From the NCBI GenBank assembly GCA_965220215.1, contig OZ244809.1, positions 1,587,805 to 1,651,804 of the forward strand: a stretch of DNA of 64,000 bases, read 5' to 3'. The notes below the pieces were generated by a model. That model saw only the letters and a program-made list of their open reading frames with translations. It was not told the origin of the DNA and ran no database searches. Position 1 is the first letter of the stretch; the number at the start of each line of letters is the position of its first letter. Shown piece after piece: positions 54,971-64,000 of this stretch. The stretch is from Dehalococcoidia bacterium. GTDB taxonomy: Bacteria > Chloroflexota > Dehalococcoidia > SHYD01. Position numbers and translations under genes: made by a program.

Positions 54971-55552
54971 AGTGCGGGAGCCGGCACACTCCGTGTTATT
55001 GTCATTCTGAGGAAGGCGCCCTAGCGCCTGACGAAGAATCCAAAAGCCCTGTGACGCGCGATGAATACCTACTACGTCTGCATCGTGACGGCCCGGACGG
55101 GGAAGATTAGACTGTTAGGAGGTGTAGGGGGTGGATTCTTCGCGGGGCTCAGAATAACAAGGAGTGCGGGTGCCGGCACACTCCGTGTTATTGTCATTCT
55201 GAGGAAGGCGCCCTAGCGCCTGACGAAGAATCCAAAAGCCCTGTGACGCGCGATGAATACCTACTACGTCTGCATCGTGACGGCCCGGACGGGGAAGATT
55301 AGACTGTTAGGAGGTGTAGGGGGTGGATTCTTCGCGGGGCTCAGAATAACAAGGAGTGCGGGTGCCGGTACGCCCCATGCTATTGTCATTCTGAGGAAGG
55401 TGCCCTAGCGCCTGACGAAGAATCCAAAAGCCCTGTGACGCGCGATGAATACCAACTACGTCTGCATCGTGACGACCCCGGACGGGGAAGACTTAGACTG
55501 TGAGTGGGACGCAGCGGGGGTGGATTCTTCGCTGTGCTCAGAATGACAAGAG
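54970..55552 (+). repeat. Three 192-bp tandem units, each an internally deleted copy of the GIY-YIG element
   Basis: atgaatacc at 55061, 55253, 55445; each joins the first ~10 codons to the 3' end of the gene between inverted palindromes. Confidence 0.92.
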
Positions 55553-55675
55553 ACGAGGAATCCATCTTCTCAGATTGCGTGCTCCTTCCTTGTGTCGTGG
55601 CTGCCTCTGAAGCTCCGTGCTAGACTGGAGAGACGCCAGTCTTGGGGCTGGCATTGATTCTAGCAAGGGATAAGC

Positions 55676-57571
55676 ATGCTTCAGGTCACCGACCTCAATA
55701 AGGCCTTTGGGGCCGATGATATTCTCCACGGTCTTACGTTCCACATCTCGCCCAGGGACCGCGTAGGACTGGTAGCGGTTAACGGGACGGGGAAGACTAC
55801 GCTGCTGCGCATCATCGCGGGCGAGCTTGCTCCGGACGCCGGGACCGTTGCGGTGCTTAAGGGCGTCCAGGTAGGCTACCTTGCTCAAGAGGGTCAGGGT
55901 ACGCCGGGCAATACGGTGCGAGAGGAGATGCTCAGCGGGCGGCGGGAACTCGTGCAGGTGCAGGCAGAGCTGACCGCGCTCCAAGAGGAGCTGGCGGCGC
56001 TCACGCCCAATGACCCACGGCTGACCGATCTCATCGAGCGCGTCGGCCTGCTGCAGCACCGTTTTGACGGCCTCCGCGGCTACGACGTCGAAACGGAGAT
56101 CGGCATTGTGCTCCACGGTCTGGGGTTCTCTCAACAGGACGCCGACCGGCTTGTGGATACCTTCAGCGGCGGCTGGCAGATGCGTATTGCTTTAGGACGG
56201 TTGCTGCTCCAGCGCCCCGATCTCCTGCTGCTGGACGAGCCGACCAACCACCTGGACATGACCGCAGTGGAGTGGCTGGAATCGTACCTTCGCAGATACC
56301 CCGGTGCGCTCCTGATAGTGAGCCACGACCGCTACATCCTGGACCGGGTAACCACCCGCACGCTGGAACTCAGCAACGGCGTGCTGGAGGAGTACGCTGC
56401 CAATTACAGTGGCTTTGTGATAGAGAAAGCCCGTCGCCAGGAGGTTAAGACACAGGCCTACGAGCGGCAGCAGGAGTATATCGGCCGGACGCAGGAGTGG
56501 ATCGATCGCTTTCACGCCAAAGCCACCAAGGCAAGCCAAGCGAGTGCTCGCCAGCATGCACTGGAACGCTTGGAGCGGGTAGCGGCTCCAGACGCCAATG
56601 ACAAACAGATTGGACTTCGGTTTGATGCCGCGGCCCGTAGCGGCCGGGTGGTGGTGGAAGCGGAGGAGGTGCTCCGTTCCTTCGGCGCTTCTCCCGTGCT
56701 CAATCGAGTCAACCTAATGGTAGAGCGCGGCGACCGCATCGCCTTAGTGGGGCCAAACGGCGCGGGCAAGTCTACCTTGCTCCGTCTGCTGGCCAAGGTG
56801 GACGCGCCGGACGAAGGTGTGGTCAAGCTGGGGCACAACGTCCAGGCTGTATACTTTGCGCAGCATCAGGCGGAGGCGCTGGATCCAGAAAAGACGGTCC
56901 TGGAAGAAGCACTGCAGGGTAACCATCTCCCACAGAGCCAGCTAAGAAACCTCTTAGGGCGGTTTCTGTTCAGCGGGGACGAGGTGTTCAAGCGTGTGGA
57001 AGTGCTTTCCGGAGGGGAACGCAGCCGCCTCGCCTTTGCAAAATTGCTGATGCGCCCCTCAAACCTTCTGTTGCTGGACGAGCCGACCAACCACCTGGAC
57101 ATCCCGTCGCAGGAGGCGCTCGAACAAGCGCTCTTGGACTATCCGGGCGCGATCGTGCTGGCTTCCCACGATCACTATCTCATCGACCGCATTGCCACCA
57201 AAGTAGTCGTCGTTGAGAGCGGCGCTATCGAGCTGCATTTAGGGAACTACACCCAGTATAGAGAGCGGCAGCTTGCACGAGAACGGGCTGAAGCGCAAAC
57301 CCTGGTTGCCGCCGCCCGAGCCCAGAGGAGAGAGGCCTCGCCGGCAAGGGCGCGAGCGGAGACCGCCGCCGCCCGTAAGCGCGTGGGTGACCTAGAGGCC
57401 GCGGTTGCTGCGCTGGAGGCCGAGTTGGCCGAACTGGCGGACCGGCTAGCCCACCCGGACGTTTACGCCGACCACGAGCAGGTGCAGGCGATAACCGCAC
57501 GGCAGCAAGCGTGCACAGAGCAACTGGAAGCCCTGCTGTCGGCATGGGAACAGGCCGCCGCGGAAGTCTGA
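55676..57571 (+). CDS. ABC-F family ATPase (Uup/YheS-like)
   Basis: Two ABC domains (NGTGKTT, FSGGW, LDEPTNHLD; GPNGAGKST, LSGGE), no TM, C-terminal coiled coil. Confidence 0.93.
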   Translation: MLQVTDLNKAFGADDILHGLTFHISPRDRVGLVAVNGTGKTTLLRIIAGELAPDAGTVAVLKGVQVGYLAQEGQGTPGNTVREEMLSGRRELVQVQAELTALQEELAALTPNDPRLTDLIERVGLLQHRFDGLRGYDVETEIGIVLHGLGFSQQDADRLVDTFSGGWQMRIALGRLLLQRPDLLLLDEPTNHLDMTAVEWLESYLRRYPGALLIVSHDRYILDRVTTRTLELSNGVLEEYAANYSGFVIEKARRQEVKTQAYERQQEYIGRTQEWIDRFHAKATKASQASARQHALERLERVAAPDANDKQIGLRFDAAARSGRVVVEAEEVLRSFGASPVLNRVNLMVERGDRIALVGPNGAGKSTLLRLLAKVDAPDEGVVKLGHNVQAVYFAQHQAEALDPEKTVLEEALQGNHLPQSQLRNLLGRFLFSGDEVFKRVEVLSGGERSRLAFAKLLMRPSNLLLLDEPTNHLDIPSQEALEQALLDYPGAIVLASHDHYLIDRIATKVVVVESGAIELHLGNYTQYRERQLARERAEAQTLVAAARAQRREASPARARAETAAARKRVGDLEAAVAALEAELAELADRLAHPDVYADHEQVQAITARQQACTEQLEALLSAWEQAAAEV

Positions 57572-57589
57572 GGGCTAGCGCACTTATAC

Positions 57590-57705
57590 CCGCTCATGGT
57601 GAGCCAGTCGAACCAAGAAGGCTTACGCATAACCGCTCATGGTGAGCTTGTCGAACCAAGGGCGAGCCAGTATGTGTATGGCTCGCCCTTCGATAAACTT
57701 AGGCT
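57590..57705. repeat. Family-C repeat cluster
   Basis: ccgctcatggtgagc...tcgaacc twice plus inverted cccttcgataaacttagg. Confidence 0.85.
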
Positions 57706-57772
57706 GCAAAAAGCACGTCGAGCGCTGTCTTTGCGAGGTCGCCTAAGCGACCGTGGCAGTCTGGGGTGGGGA

Positions 57773-58375
57773 CTACGCTTCCAAATCCAATAACCTCAAC
57801 GGCACCCTGAACGCTTCAACCATCTGCCTAATTCTTCTCAGCCCAGTACCGCTCTGAGTGAGGATATTCAGCTCTTGTTCACGCTCGTCCGTTGCTCGTC
57901 TCCCTTCAAGGACTTGCTCGAAATAGACCAGCTTGGGATTCTTATTCCGAGTCTGTCCTTGTCGTCCGTCTCTATGTTCTCTTAACCGGATATTCAAGTC
58001 AGTTGTCTGGCCTACATAGTAGGTGTTGTCAGATAGTTTCAAGCAGTAAACATACCGAATAGTGCGCTGAATATCTGCATGGGCAAGTACTGGTTTGTTC
58101 ACCGCCTTTGGCCCCTCCCAAGGAACTGGTCGCCTCTGCTGTTGACAGACCATCCATAGACAATGATCGCAGTAGGGTGGGAACTCTTCAAACCATTCCA
58201 TTTCCCAGTACACGAACATTTCACCGCCGGTGCTGTTGTAGAACTGACGGCAGCGGTTGCACTCTTCTAAATCACCAGCATCCCACTCAAGCCAATGATC
58301 GTAACAGAGCGGCTTATCATAGGTAGCATTCTTATCGCATTCCGAGCGGGCGCAGTGTTGTGTCGCTGTAGTCAC
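57773..58375 (-). CDS. Cys-rich putative Zn-binding domain fused to a C-terminal GIY-YIG nuclease
   Basis: C..C/H clusters then YVYCLKLSDNTYYVGQT.DL..RL.EH; low GC. Confidence 0.75.
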   Translation of the reverse strand: MTTATQHCARSECDKNATYDKPLCYDHWLEWDAGDLEECNRCRQFYNSTGGEMFVYWEMEWFEEFPPYCDHCLWMVCQQQRRPVPWEGPKAVNKPVLAHADIQRTIRYVYCLKLSDNTYYVGQTTDLNIRLREHRDGRQGQTRNKNPKLVYFEQVLEGRRATDEREQELNILTQSGTGLRRIRQMVEAFRVPLRLLDLEA

Positions 58376-58386
58376 ACTGGCGCTCC

Positions 58387-58806
58387 CTACCCGTAACAGC
58401 GCAGCTCTAGCTGGGTGCCGTCTGGGTCCAACACATAGATGGACGCCCCGCGGCCGTGAGCGCCCCAGCGCATCGCCGGCTCGCCCAGCACCGTGACCCC
58501 CTTTGCCGTCAGGTCACGAGCCAACGCAGCCATATCCGTCGGCTCTATGACCATACAGAAGTGATCCAGGTTGCGGGCGGCATCCGGTGTCGCCAGCGTC
58601 TCTTTGCCCGGTTGGATATCGATGAGCGTATCGCTGGTAATGCGCACAGAAGGGAAGCCAACGGCGCCTGCCCGGTATTCCTCCAGCCGCTCACCCTGCA
58701 TACCCAGCACCCCAATATAGAACGCCAGGGAGCGCTCCACGTCTGCCACCCGTAGCACGATGTGGTCCATCTCGGTCACTTTGATAGAGGTCACATTGGT
58801 TGCCAT
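58387..58806 (-). CDS. VOC/glyoxalase-family protein
   Basis: DHIVLRVADVERS..FY, DHFC, YVLDPDG..LEL. Confidence 0.9.
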   Translation of the reverse strand: MATNVTSIKVTEMDHIVLRVADVERSLAFYIGVLGMQGERLEEYRAGAVGFPSVRITSDTLIDIQPGKETLATPDAARNLDHFCMVIEPTDMAALARDLTAKGVTVLGEPAMRWGAHGRGASIYVLDPDGTQLELRCYG

Positions 58807-58848
58807 GCCCGCTCCTCCTGACTAGGCTGCTGTTGGATGGAGGCTAGT

Positions 58849-59220
58849 TTACCCGCGCAGCGCGCTCACTACCAGCAGCGCCCAGCCTACGAGGAAGCAT
58901 ACGCCGCCCAGTGGGGTGATCGCACCCAGCCACCGGATGCCGGTGAGGGAGAGCAGGTAGAGGCTGCCGGAGAAGATGATGGTGCCTATGACGAACAGCC
59001 AGCCGGACGCGGTCAGCGTGCTGCTGCTGCCCCGCACTGCCGTCAGCAGGCCCACCGCCAGCAGCGCAAGGGCGTGGTACATCTGATAACGCACCCCCGT
59101 CTCGAAGATAGCGAGGGCGTCCGCAGCGAGGATGTTGCGCAGGCCATGCGCCCCGAATGCCCCAAGCGCGACGGCAAGGAAGGCGGAGGCGCTGCCTACA
59201 GCGAAAAAGAGGCGGTCCAC
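58849..59220 (-). CDS. DUF423 (YgdD/TMEM256-like) membrane protein
   Basis: GAFGAHGL, YQMYHA, FSGSLY, GAITPLGG. Confidence 0.9.
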   Translation of the reverse strand: MDRLFFAVGSASAFLAVALGAFGAHGLRNILAADALAIFETGVRYQMYHALALLAVGLLTAVRGSSSTLTASGWLFVIGTIIFSGSLYLLSLTGIRWLGAITPLGGVCFLVGWALLVVSALRG

Positions 59221-59229
59221 GCCAGTCTT

Positions 59230-59478
59230 CTAGGTGGCTTCTGTGGCCGGAACGCTTTTGGGCTTGCTCTTACGCTCCGCCATGCGGCAGGCATAGAAGG
59301 CGGCGATGTGCGTTTCCAGCACGGCATGCTTGTCATGCGGCGTGAGTTGACGCAGCGTCGTCTGGAACATCTGGGTCTCCATGAGCGACTCCAACGAGGC
59401 GGCGGATTCCAGTATTTTAGCTTCTAGAAACCGTCTGTCTTGGTTGCAATGTTCAGCAAGGGCGTCAAAGTCGATCAT
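59230..59478 (-). CDS. Small hypothetical protein
   Basis: GGAG RBS; fills the gap in a co-oriented run. Confidence 0.5.
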   Translation of the reverse strand: MIDFDALAEHCNQDRRFLEAKILESAASLESLMETQMFQTTLRQLTPHDKHAVLETHIAAFYACRMAERKSKPKSVPATEAT

Positions 59479-59525
59479 GGCGTATTTTGCTCCACACTCA
59501 TGCTAAAAGGGTGCGGCTGGCCCGC

Positions 59526-60788
59526 TTAACGGTAACGGGTGTAGCGATTGTGCGACCGGTACGCAGTAGAGCTTTTGCCGCTGGGACGCGCTGCCACCAG
59601 CTGACGCTCAGGGGCCATCTCCGCCTTCACCCAACGGGGCGGATTCGGTAGAATCTCGTCCGGGTGTCCCCAGCGTTTTCGAATCATCGGCTTGTCTAGC
59701 TCACGTTCCATCTGGCGCCACCTAGAGGCGTCTTCCGGCGTGATGAAGGTAATAGCTTCCCCGGATCTCCCCATGCGTCCCGTTCGTCCCGTGCGATGCG
59801 TAAACAGCTCCGCGGTCTCCGGTAGCTCGTAGTTTATCACTTGGCAGATGTCAATAATATCCAGACCCCGGGCGGCTACGTTGGTTGCCACCAGGATACT
59901 TATTCTGCCGCTACGGAAGTCGGCCAATACCCGTTCTCGGGCGCTCTGGGAGAGGTTGCCCTGCAGGGCATCAACGGAATAGCCCATGCGGATTAGCTTA
60001 TCAGCCAGCTTCCTAACGCCGTGCTTGGTCTTGCCAAAGACAAGGATGGGATCCATCCCCTGCTTGTCCAGCAATTCCCGCAGCGCATCAAACTTGGCGT
60101 TGGGGTCTATCTCGTAGACGGTGTGCTCAATCTCCGGCGGCGCTTGCAGACCGGAGTCTACTTGGAGCGTTACCGGGTTCTGGAGATGGCGAGCAGCGGT
60201 GGAGATCACCCACTGAGGAACCGTGGCTGATAGGAGCGCCGTCTGACGCTCCCGCGGCGTCTGGGAAAGGATCTGGTCAACGCTGGGGCCAAAGCCTCGG
60301 TCCAGCATCTCGTCGCCTTCGTCCAGCACAAAGATGCGCAGATTGCGCAGGGAAAGGGTGCGCTGCCGCAGGTGGTCCTGGACACGCCCCGGCGTACCTA
60401 TGATGATCTGCGGCCTGCTCACCAGTGCGCGACGCTCAGGCTCCAGGGATCGGCCGCCGTAGAGCAGGATGGTGCGCAGACGGCGCGTCTCGGCCAGTGG
60501 TCGCACAACGGAAGCCACCTGCATTGCCAGCTCTCTGGTGGGAACCAGCACAATCGCCTGGGTGAGCTGAACGGTAGGATCGCACAGTTCGGCTAGCGGG
60601 ATGGCGTAGGCCAGCGTCTTGCCCGAGCCGGTCCTGGCCTGGCCGATGATGTCTCGGCCTTCCAGCATGGCGGGGATGACTTGTTCTTGAATGGGGGTGG
60701 GGTTGATGATCCCCATTGCGGCTACTGCCGCTGCTACTCCGGGGTGGAGGTTAAACTCAGTGAACGTGGTTGCCAGGGTTGTGGTCAT
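59526..60788 (-). CDS. DEAD-box RNA helicase
   Basis: ARTGSGKT, PTRELA, DEGD, SAT, ARGLD, HRTGRTGR. Confidence 0.95.
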   Translation of the reverse strand: MTTTLATTFTEFNLHPGVAAAVAAMGIINPTPIQEQVIPAMLEGRDIIGQARTGSGKTLAYAIPLAELCDPTVQLTQAIVLVPTRELAMQVASVVRPLAETRRLRTILLYGGRSLEPERRALVSRPQIIIGTPGRVQDHLRQRTLSLRNLRIFVLDEGDEMLDRGFGPSVDQILSQTPRERQTALLSATVPQWVISTAARHLQNPVTLQVDSGLQAPPEIEHTVYEIDPNAKFDALRELLDKQGMDPILVFGKTKHGVRKLADKLIRMGYSVDALQGNLSQSARERVLADFRSGRISILVATNVAARGLDIIDICQVINYELPETAELFTHRTGRTGRMGRSGEAITFITPEDASRWRQMERELDKPMIRKRWGHPDEILPNPPRWVKAEMAPERQLVAARPSGKSSTAYRSHNRYTRYR

Positions 60789-61059
60789 TACGGGCGGCTC
60801 CCGTACTGACGGCTTCCGTCACTGTTTTGGCGCAGGCTTTTCCTGCGAATGGAAAGATACAGCATCTCGCGCTGACTCCTGAAGATGTTAGAGTTGGAAC
60901 TCCCGGTCAGCGCGATAGTAAAGAGCGAGGGGCAGGTGTTCGTAAATACGAAGCACCCCAACTAGATAGCGAGCCGCCGAATAGATACCACTAGCTGCTA
61001 GTATACCATAACTAGGCACGCCTAGCGCTGACCGCATTCCAGGTAAGGAAACGTGGCGG

Positions 61060-63690
61060 TTACCCCTTCGTTTCGCTTGCCCCGTTGCCGTTGAGCCGGG
61101 TCTCTATCTTGTCTAGGCGGTCCCGTAACTCCCGGTTCTCCTTCTGCACCTTCTCCAAGTCGTCCCGCAGCCGCTTCACCTCGTCAGTGGTGTTGGCGCC
61201 GCGGCGGATACGGGAGATGGCCTCCCGTGCGCGCCGCTGTACACGGCCGTCCAGGTCGCTTTGCACCGCTCGGTCCAGCGCAGAGATGGCCTTGGCATCC
61301 TTCAGCTCTTCCAGCGCGCCAATAGCGCTGAGCTTCACCCGCAGCCAAGGGTCGCTCACTAGCTCCGTCAGGGTTTCCCTGGCCTCATCCTTAGCTTTGT
61401 CCCCGGCGTTCTTGCTCAAGCGGGCCAGGGCGCTCACCGCCGTGCCCCGCGCCGGCTGCGGCTGTCCGTAGGCGCTGGCCTTGGCGACCATTGGGATGCT
61501 CTCTTCCTTGCCCAGCTCCGCATAGCCATCCAACGTGCTGGACAGGATGATGTCGTTAAGGGAGGGCTTGCCCAGAGCCTTTTCCAGCACGGGCAGTGCC
61601 TTGTCCGACTTGGTCTTCCCCAGTGACCGGCTGATCTCCGCCTCCACGTAGTAGCTGGGATCGCTCTGCTCAGCGAGGGCTACCAGCGCATCCACCGATG
61701 CCTCGTCCTTGTACTCGCCCAGGGCGCGCACCACGGCCCGCCGCGCCCTTGGGTGTGCCGCCCCGACGCCTTGCAGCAGTCCCTCCAGCGCGCTGGCGGA
61801 GTGGATTGCGCCTAAGGATTGGGCTGCCGCCGACTGCACCGCCCAGAAAGAGTCCTGCAACAGGGCCTCTGTGAGCGCCTTGATGGACTCCGGGTTGTTC
61901 TGCTTGCTCAGCCCCTGCGCTGCTTCTACACGTCCCCAGGCATCGGAGGAGTGCTGGAGCTGGTGGTGCAGCATGTCTTTGGAGCGGGTGAAGTCCAGCT
62001 TTTTGAGCACCCAGTTTTCGGGATCAAAGCGCACACTCTGGGGCTTCTGCGCCAGCGGGATATAGAAGACGTGCTCCTTCTCCGTAACCTCCACGCGGCG
62101 GGTCTCGGTGCCGCCGTCCGCAATGAAGGCCACGTCGATGGGCATGCGGAAGATGGGCGTGTTATTGTCCGTGGATTGGGTCTGGTTTACGGTCAGCTTG
62201 GCGGCCTTCAGGGTGTCGTCCCAGGAGTAGTCCACTTTGAACTCCGGATAGCCGGGCCGTAAGACCCACTCGTCAAAGAACCAGCCCATGCTGCGGCCTG
62301 TCGCCTCCTCCACCGCGCGCTGCAGATCACTGGTCACCACGTTCTGCTCCCGGTGCTTGGTAACGTAGTGGTGCATGGCCTTCCACCACGCATCTTCGCC
62401 CAGGACGTAGCGCAGCATGTGCAGCACCAGCGCGCCCTTCTCGTAGAGGTGGCGGTCAAAGAGATCGATGGGCGCGTGGTAGACGTTGGTGACGATGGGC
62501 CGGCGGTAGTGGCCGGGGTCCTCGCTGAAGTAGCTCTGCGACGTGCCGTACATCCAGTAGCGGAACTCGTCCTCGCCGTCGTGGTGCTGCTTGTAGAGCG
62601 CATCGAAGTAGGTGGCAAAGCCCTCGTTAAGCCAGCCGTGGGCCCACTCTTGACAGGTGAGCAGGTCACCGAACCACTGGTGGGCCAGCTCGTGGGCCAC
62701 CAGCGAGTTGGCGTTGTTGTCCAGGAATGCCCGCTCGTCCATGAGCGCGGTATCGGTAAGGGTGGTGGCGGTGGTGTTCTCCATCCCGCCAAAGATAAAG
62801 TCCCCCACAAAGACTTGGGCGTACTTGTTATAGGGGTAAGGGACATCTAGTTTGTCAGAGAAAAAGCTCACCATGTCGGGCGTGAGCTGGAGGGTGCGCT
62901 CGGCGTCCGCTTCCCGACCCTTCTGCACGTAGTACTGGATAGGGACGCCGTTGGCGTCTGTAGTGATCTCGGCGAAGTCGCCCACGGCCAGCATCATCAG
63001 ATAGCAGGAGTGGGGGACTTCCTGACGCCAGTGGAAGGTCTTGGTCTTGGCCGGCGCATCCTGCATGGTGTTCACTAGCGCGCCGTTGGAGAGGGCATAG
63101 AAAGGCTCCGGCACGGTGACAATAATCTCGCTGGTGGACTTCTGGTGCGGAAAGTCGTGGCACGGGAACCAGTAGCGGGAGTCTTCATCCTCGCCCTGAG
63201 TCCACGCCTGCACCGGCTTGTTTGGGTAGGCCGCGTCCGGCCCCACGAAGTAGAGCCCCCGTCGCGGCTCCGACGAATAGTGGATGGCTAGGCTGAAAGG
63301 CTGGCCTGCAGGCAAGGCCGTGGGCAGCTTCACCCGCAGCTTCTCGCCCTCCGTCTCGTAGGAGACGTCACCATGCCCCTCCAGAGTCACCTGCTGGATG
63401 TCCAGTTCCACGGCGTCCAGGTCCAGCTCTGTCAGGCTGTTGTTGATGGGAGCCAGCGTTAGGGTGGCAACGCCCGCAATGCCCTTCCGCTCGAAGTCCA
63501 GGGCGATCTCCAGTTTGATGTGCTGCACGGCCGCAACCTGGTCCGGCGGATAGTGCGGCGTGTCGCCTGGGAGTGCGTGAGACTTGTACTCGGCGGCCCC
63601 GGCGGTGAAGCGCTCGTCCAGGCGCAAGGCAGCGCCGCAGACGCCCAGTAAAGCTATCGTTTCTTCGTATTCAGAGCTGAATTCAGGCAT
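61060..63690 (-). CDS. pepN: M1-family aminopeptidase with C-terminal HEAT repeats and coiled coil
   Basis: GGMEN, HELAHQW...NEGFA, YEKG; HEAT-like repeats. Confidence 0.9.
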   Translation of the reverse strand: MPEFSSEYEETIALLGVCGAALRLDERFTAGAAEYKSHALPGDTPHYPPDQVAAVQHIKLEIALDFERKGIAGVATLTLAPINNSLTELDLDAVELDIQQVTLEGHGDVSYETEGEKLRVKLPTALPAGQPFSLAIHYSSEPRRGLYFVGPDAAYPNKPVQAWTQGEDEDSRYWFPCHDFPHQKSTSEIIVTVPEPFYALSNGALVNTMQDAPAKTKTFHWRQEVPHSCYLMMLAVGDFAEITTDANGVPIQYYVQKGREADAERTLQLTPDMVSFFSDKLDVPYPYNKYAQVFVGDFIFGGMENTTATTLTDTALMDERAFLDNNANSLVAHELAHQWFGDLLTCQEWAHGWLNEGFATYFDALYKQHHDGEDEFRYWMYGTSQSYFSEDPGHYRRPIVTNVYHAPIDLFDRHLYEKGALVLHMLRYVLGEDAWWKAMHHYVTKHREQNVVTSDLQRAVEEATGRSMGWFFDEWVLRPGYPEFKVDYSWDDTLKAAKLTVNQTQSTDNNTPIFRMPIDVAFIADGGTETRRVEVTEKEHVFYIPLAQKPQSVRFDPENWVLKKLDFTRSKDMLHHQLQHSSDAWGRVEAAQGLSKQNNPESIKALTEALLQDSFWAVQSAAAQSLGAIHSASALEGLLQGVGAAHPRARRAVVRALGEYKDEASVDALVALAEQSDPSYYVEAEISRSLGKTKSDKALPVLEKALGKPSLNDIILSSTLDGYAELGKEESIPMVAKASAYGQPQPARGTAVSALARLSKNAGDKAKDEARETLTELVSDPWLRVKLSAIGALEELKDAKAISALDRAVQSDLDGRVQRRAREAISRIRRGANTTDEVKRLRDDLEKVQKENRELRDRLDKIETRLNGNGASETKG

Positions 63691-63784
63691 GAGGCACTCC
63701 TCGGGGCAGTGTGATTAGCTGGCTAATTATAGCGCACCGCGCCGCTAAAGTGGGATGCGCGGGTGAGCTGATCTGTGGCGGGAG

Positions 63785-64000
63785 CTAGATCTTGTAGAAG
63801 CCGACCGCCGGGTCGGCGTTGCGCGGCTTCTCTTTGATGGTGACGAAGGTGAACTGGTAGCCAAAGAACGCCATAGCTACGCCGAAGATCTTCGCCAGCC
63901 AGAAGCCGTCTATCTGCCCCGCCAGCAGGCTCGCGCCGATGACTGAGACTGTGGCAGTTGGCGCGACGGCTAGGACGGTGCGCCCGCTCACGTTGCCAAG
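63785..64000 (-). CDS. 3' end of a membrane protein (possibly TauE/SafE exporter), truncated by the window
   Basis: Hydrophobic C-terminal helices IGASLLAGQI...LAKIFG. Confidence 0.45.
   Translation of the reverse strand, partial: LGNVSGRTVLAVAPTATVSVIGASLLAGQIDGFWLAKIFGVAMAFFGYQFTFVTIKEKPRNADPAVGFYKI

Noticed and set aside
54940-55552. CRISPR array
   Set aside because: The 192-bp units are near-identical along their whole length (no unique spacers), derive from the GIY-YIG gene, and no cas genes are present

Overview
High-GC bacterial chromosomal window. Protein style and gene content suggest Chloroflexota, probably Dehalococcoidia-like (inference). The backbone is housekeeping: tsf/rpsB, rsmI-argF, der-plsY-gpsA, coaE, rpsT, gyrB, pyrE, trpA-aroH, hsp20/hspR-dnaK, a TPP-riboswitch thiC-thiG-thiE-thiS-thiO region, murE, ABC-F, DEAD-box helicase and an M1 aminopeptidase. 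Three things stand out. (1) An isolated, intact, host-like virion-structural module at 25.7-30.3 kb (scaffold, major capsid, adaptor, nozzle/hub, small spike-like protein). It has no integrase, terminase, portal, replication or lysis genes here, so it is a candidate domesticated GTA-like particle. (2) A small GIY-YIG nuclease gene bracketed by inverted palindromic repeats, followed by a 192-bp tandem array of its own internally deleted copies. The same repeat, plus two other palindrome families, is scattered across the window, suggesting a REP/REPIN-like mobile system. (3) Low-GC cargo, including two type II R-M systems and an Nmad2 islet, inserted in and around the thiamine operon. All product calls come from motif recognition by eye; no database searches were run.
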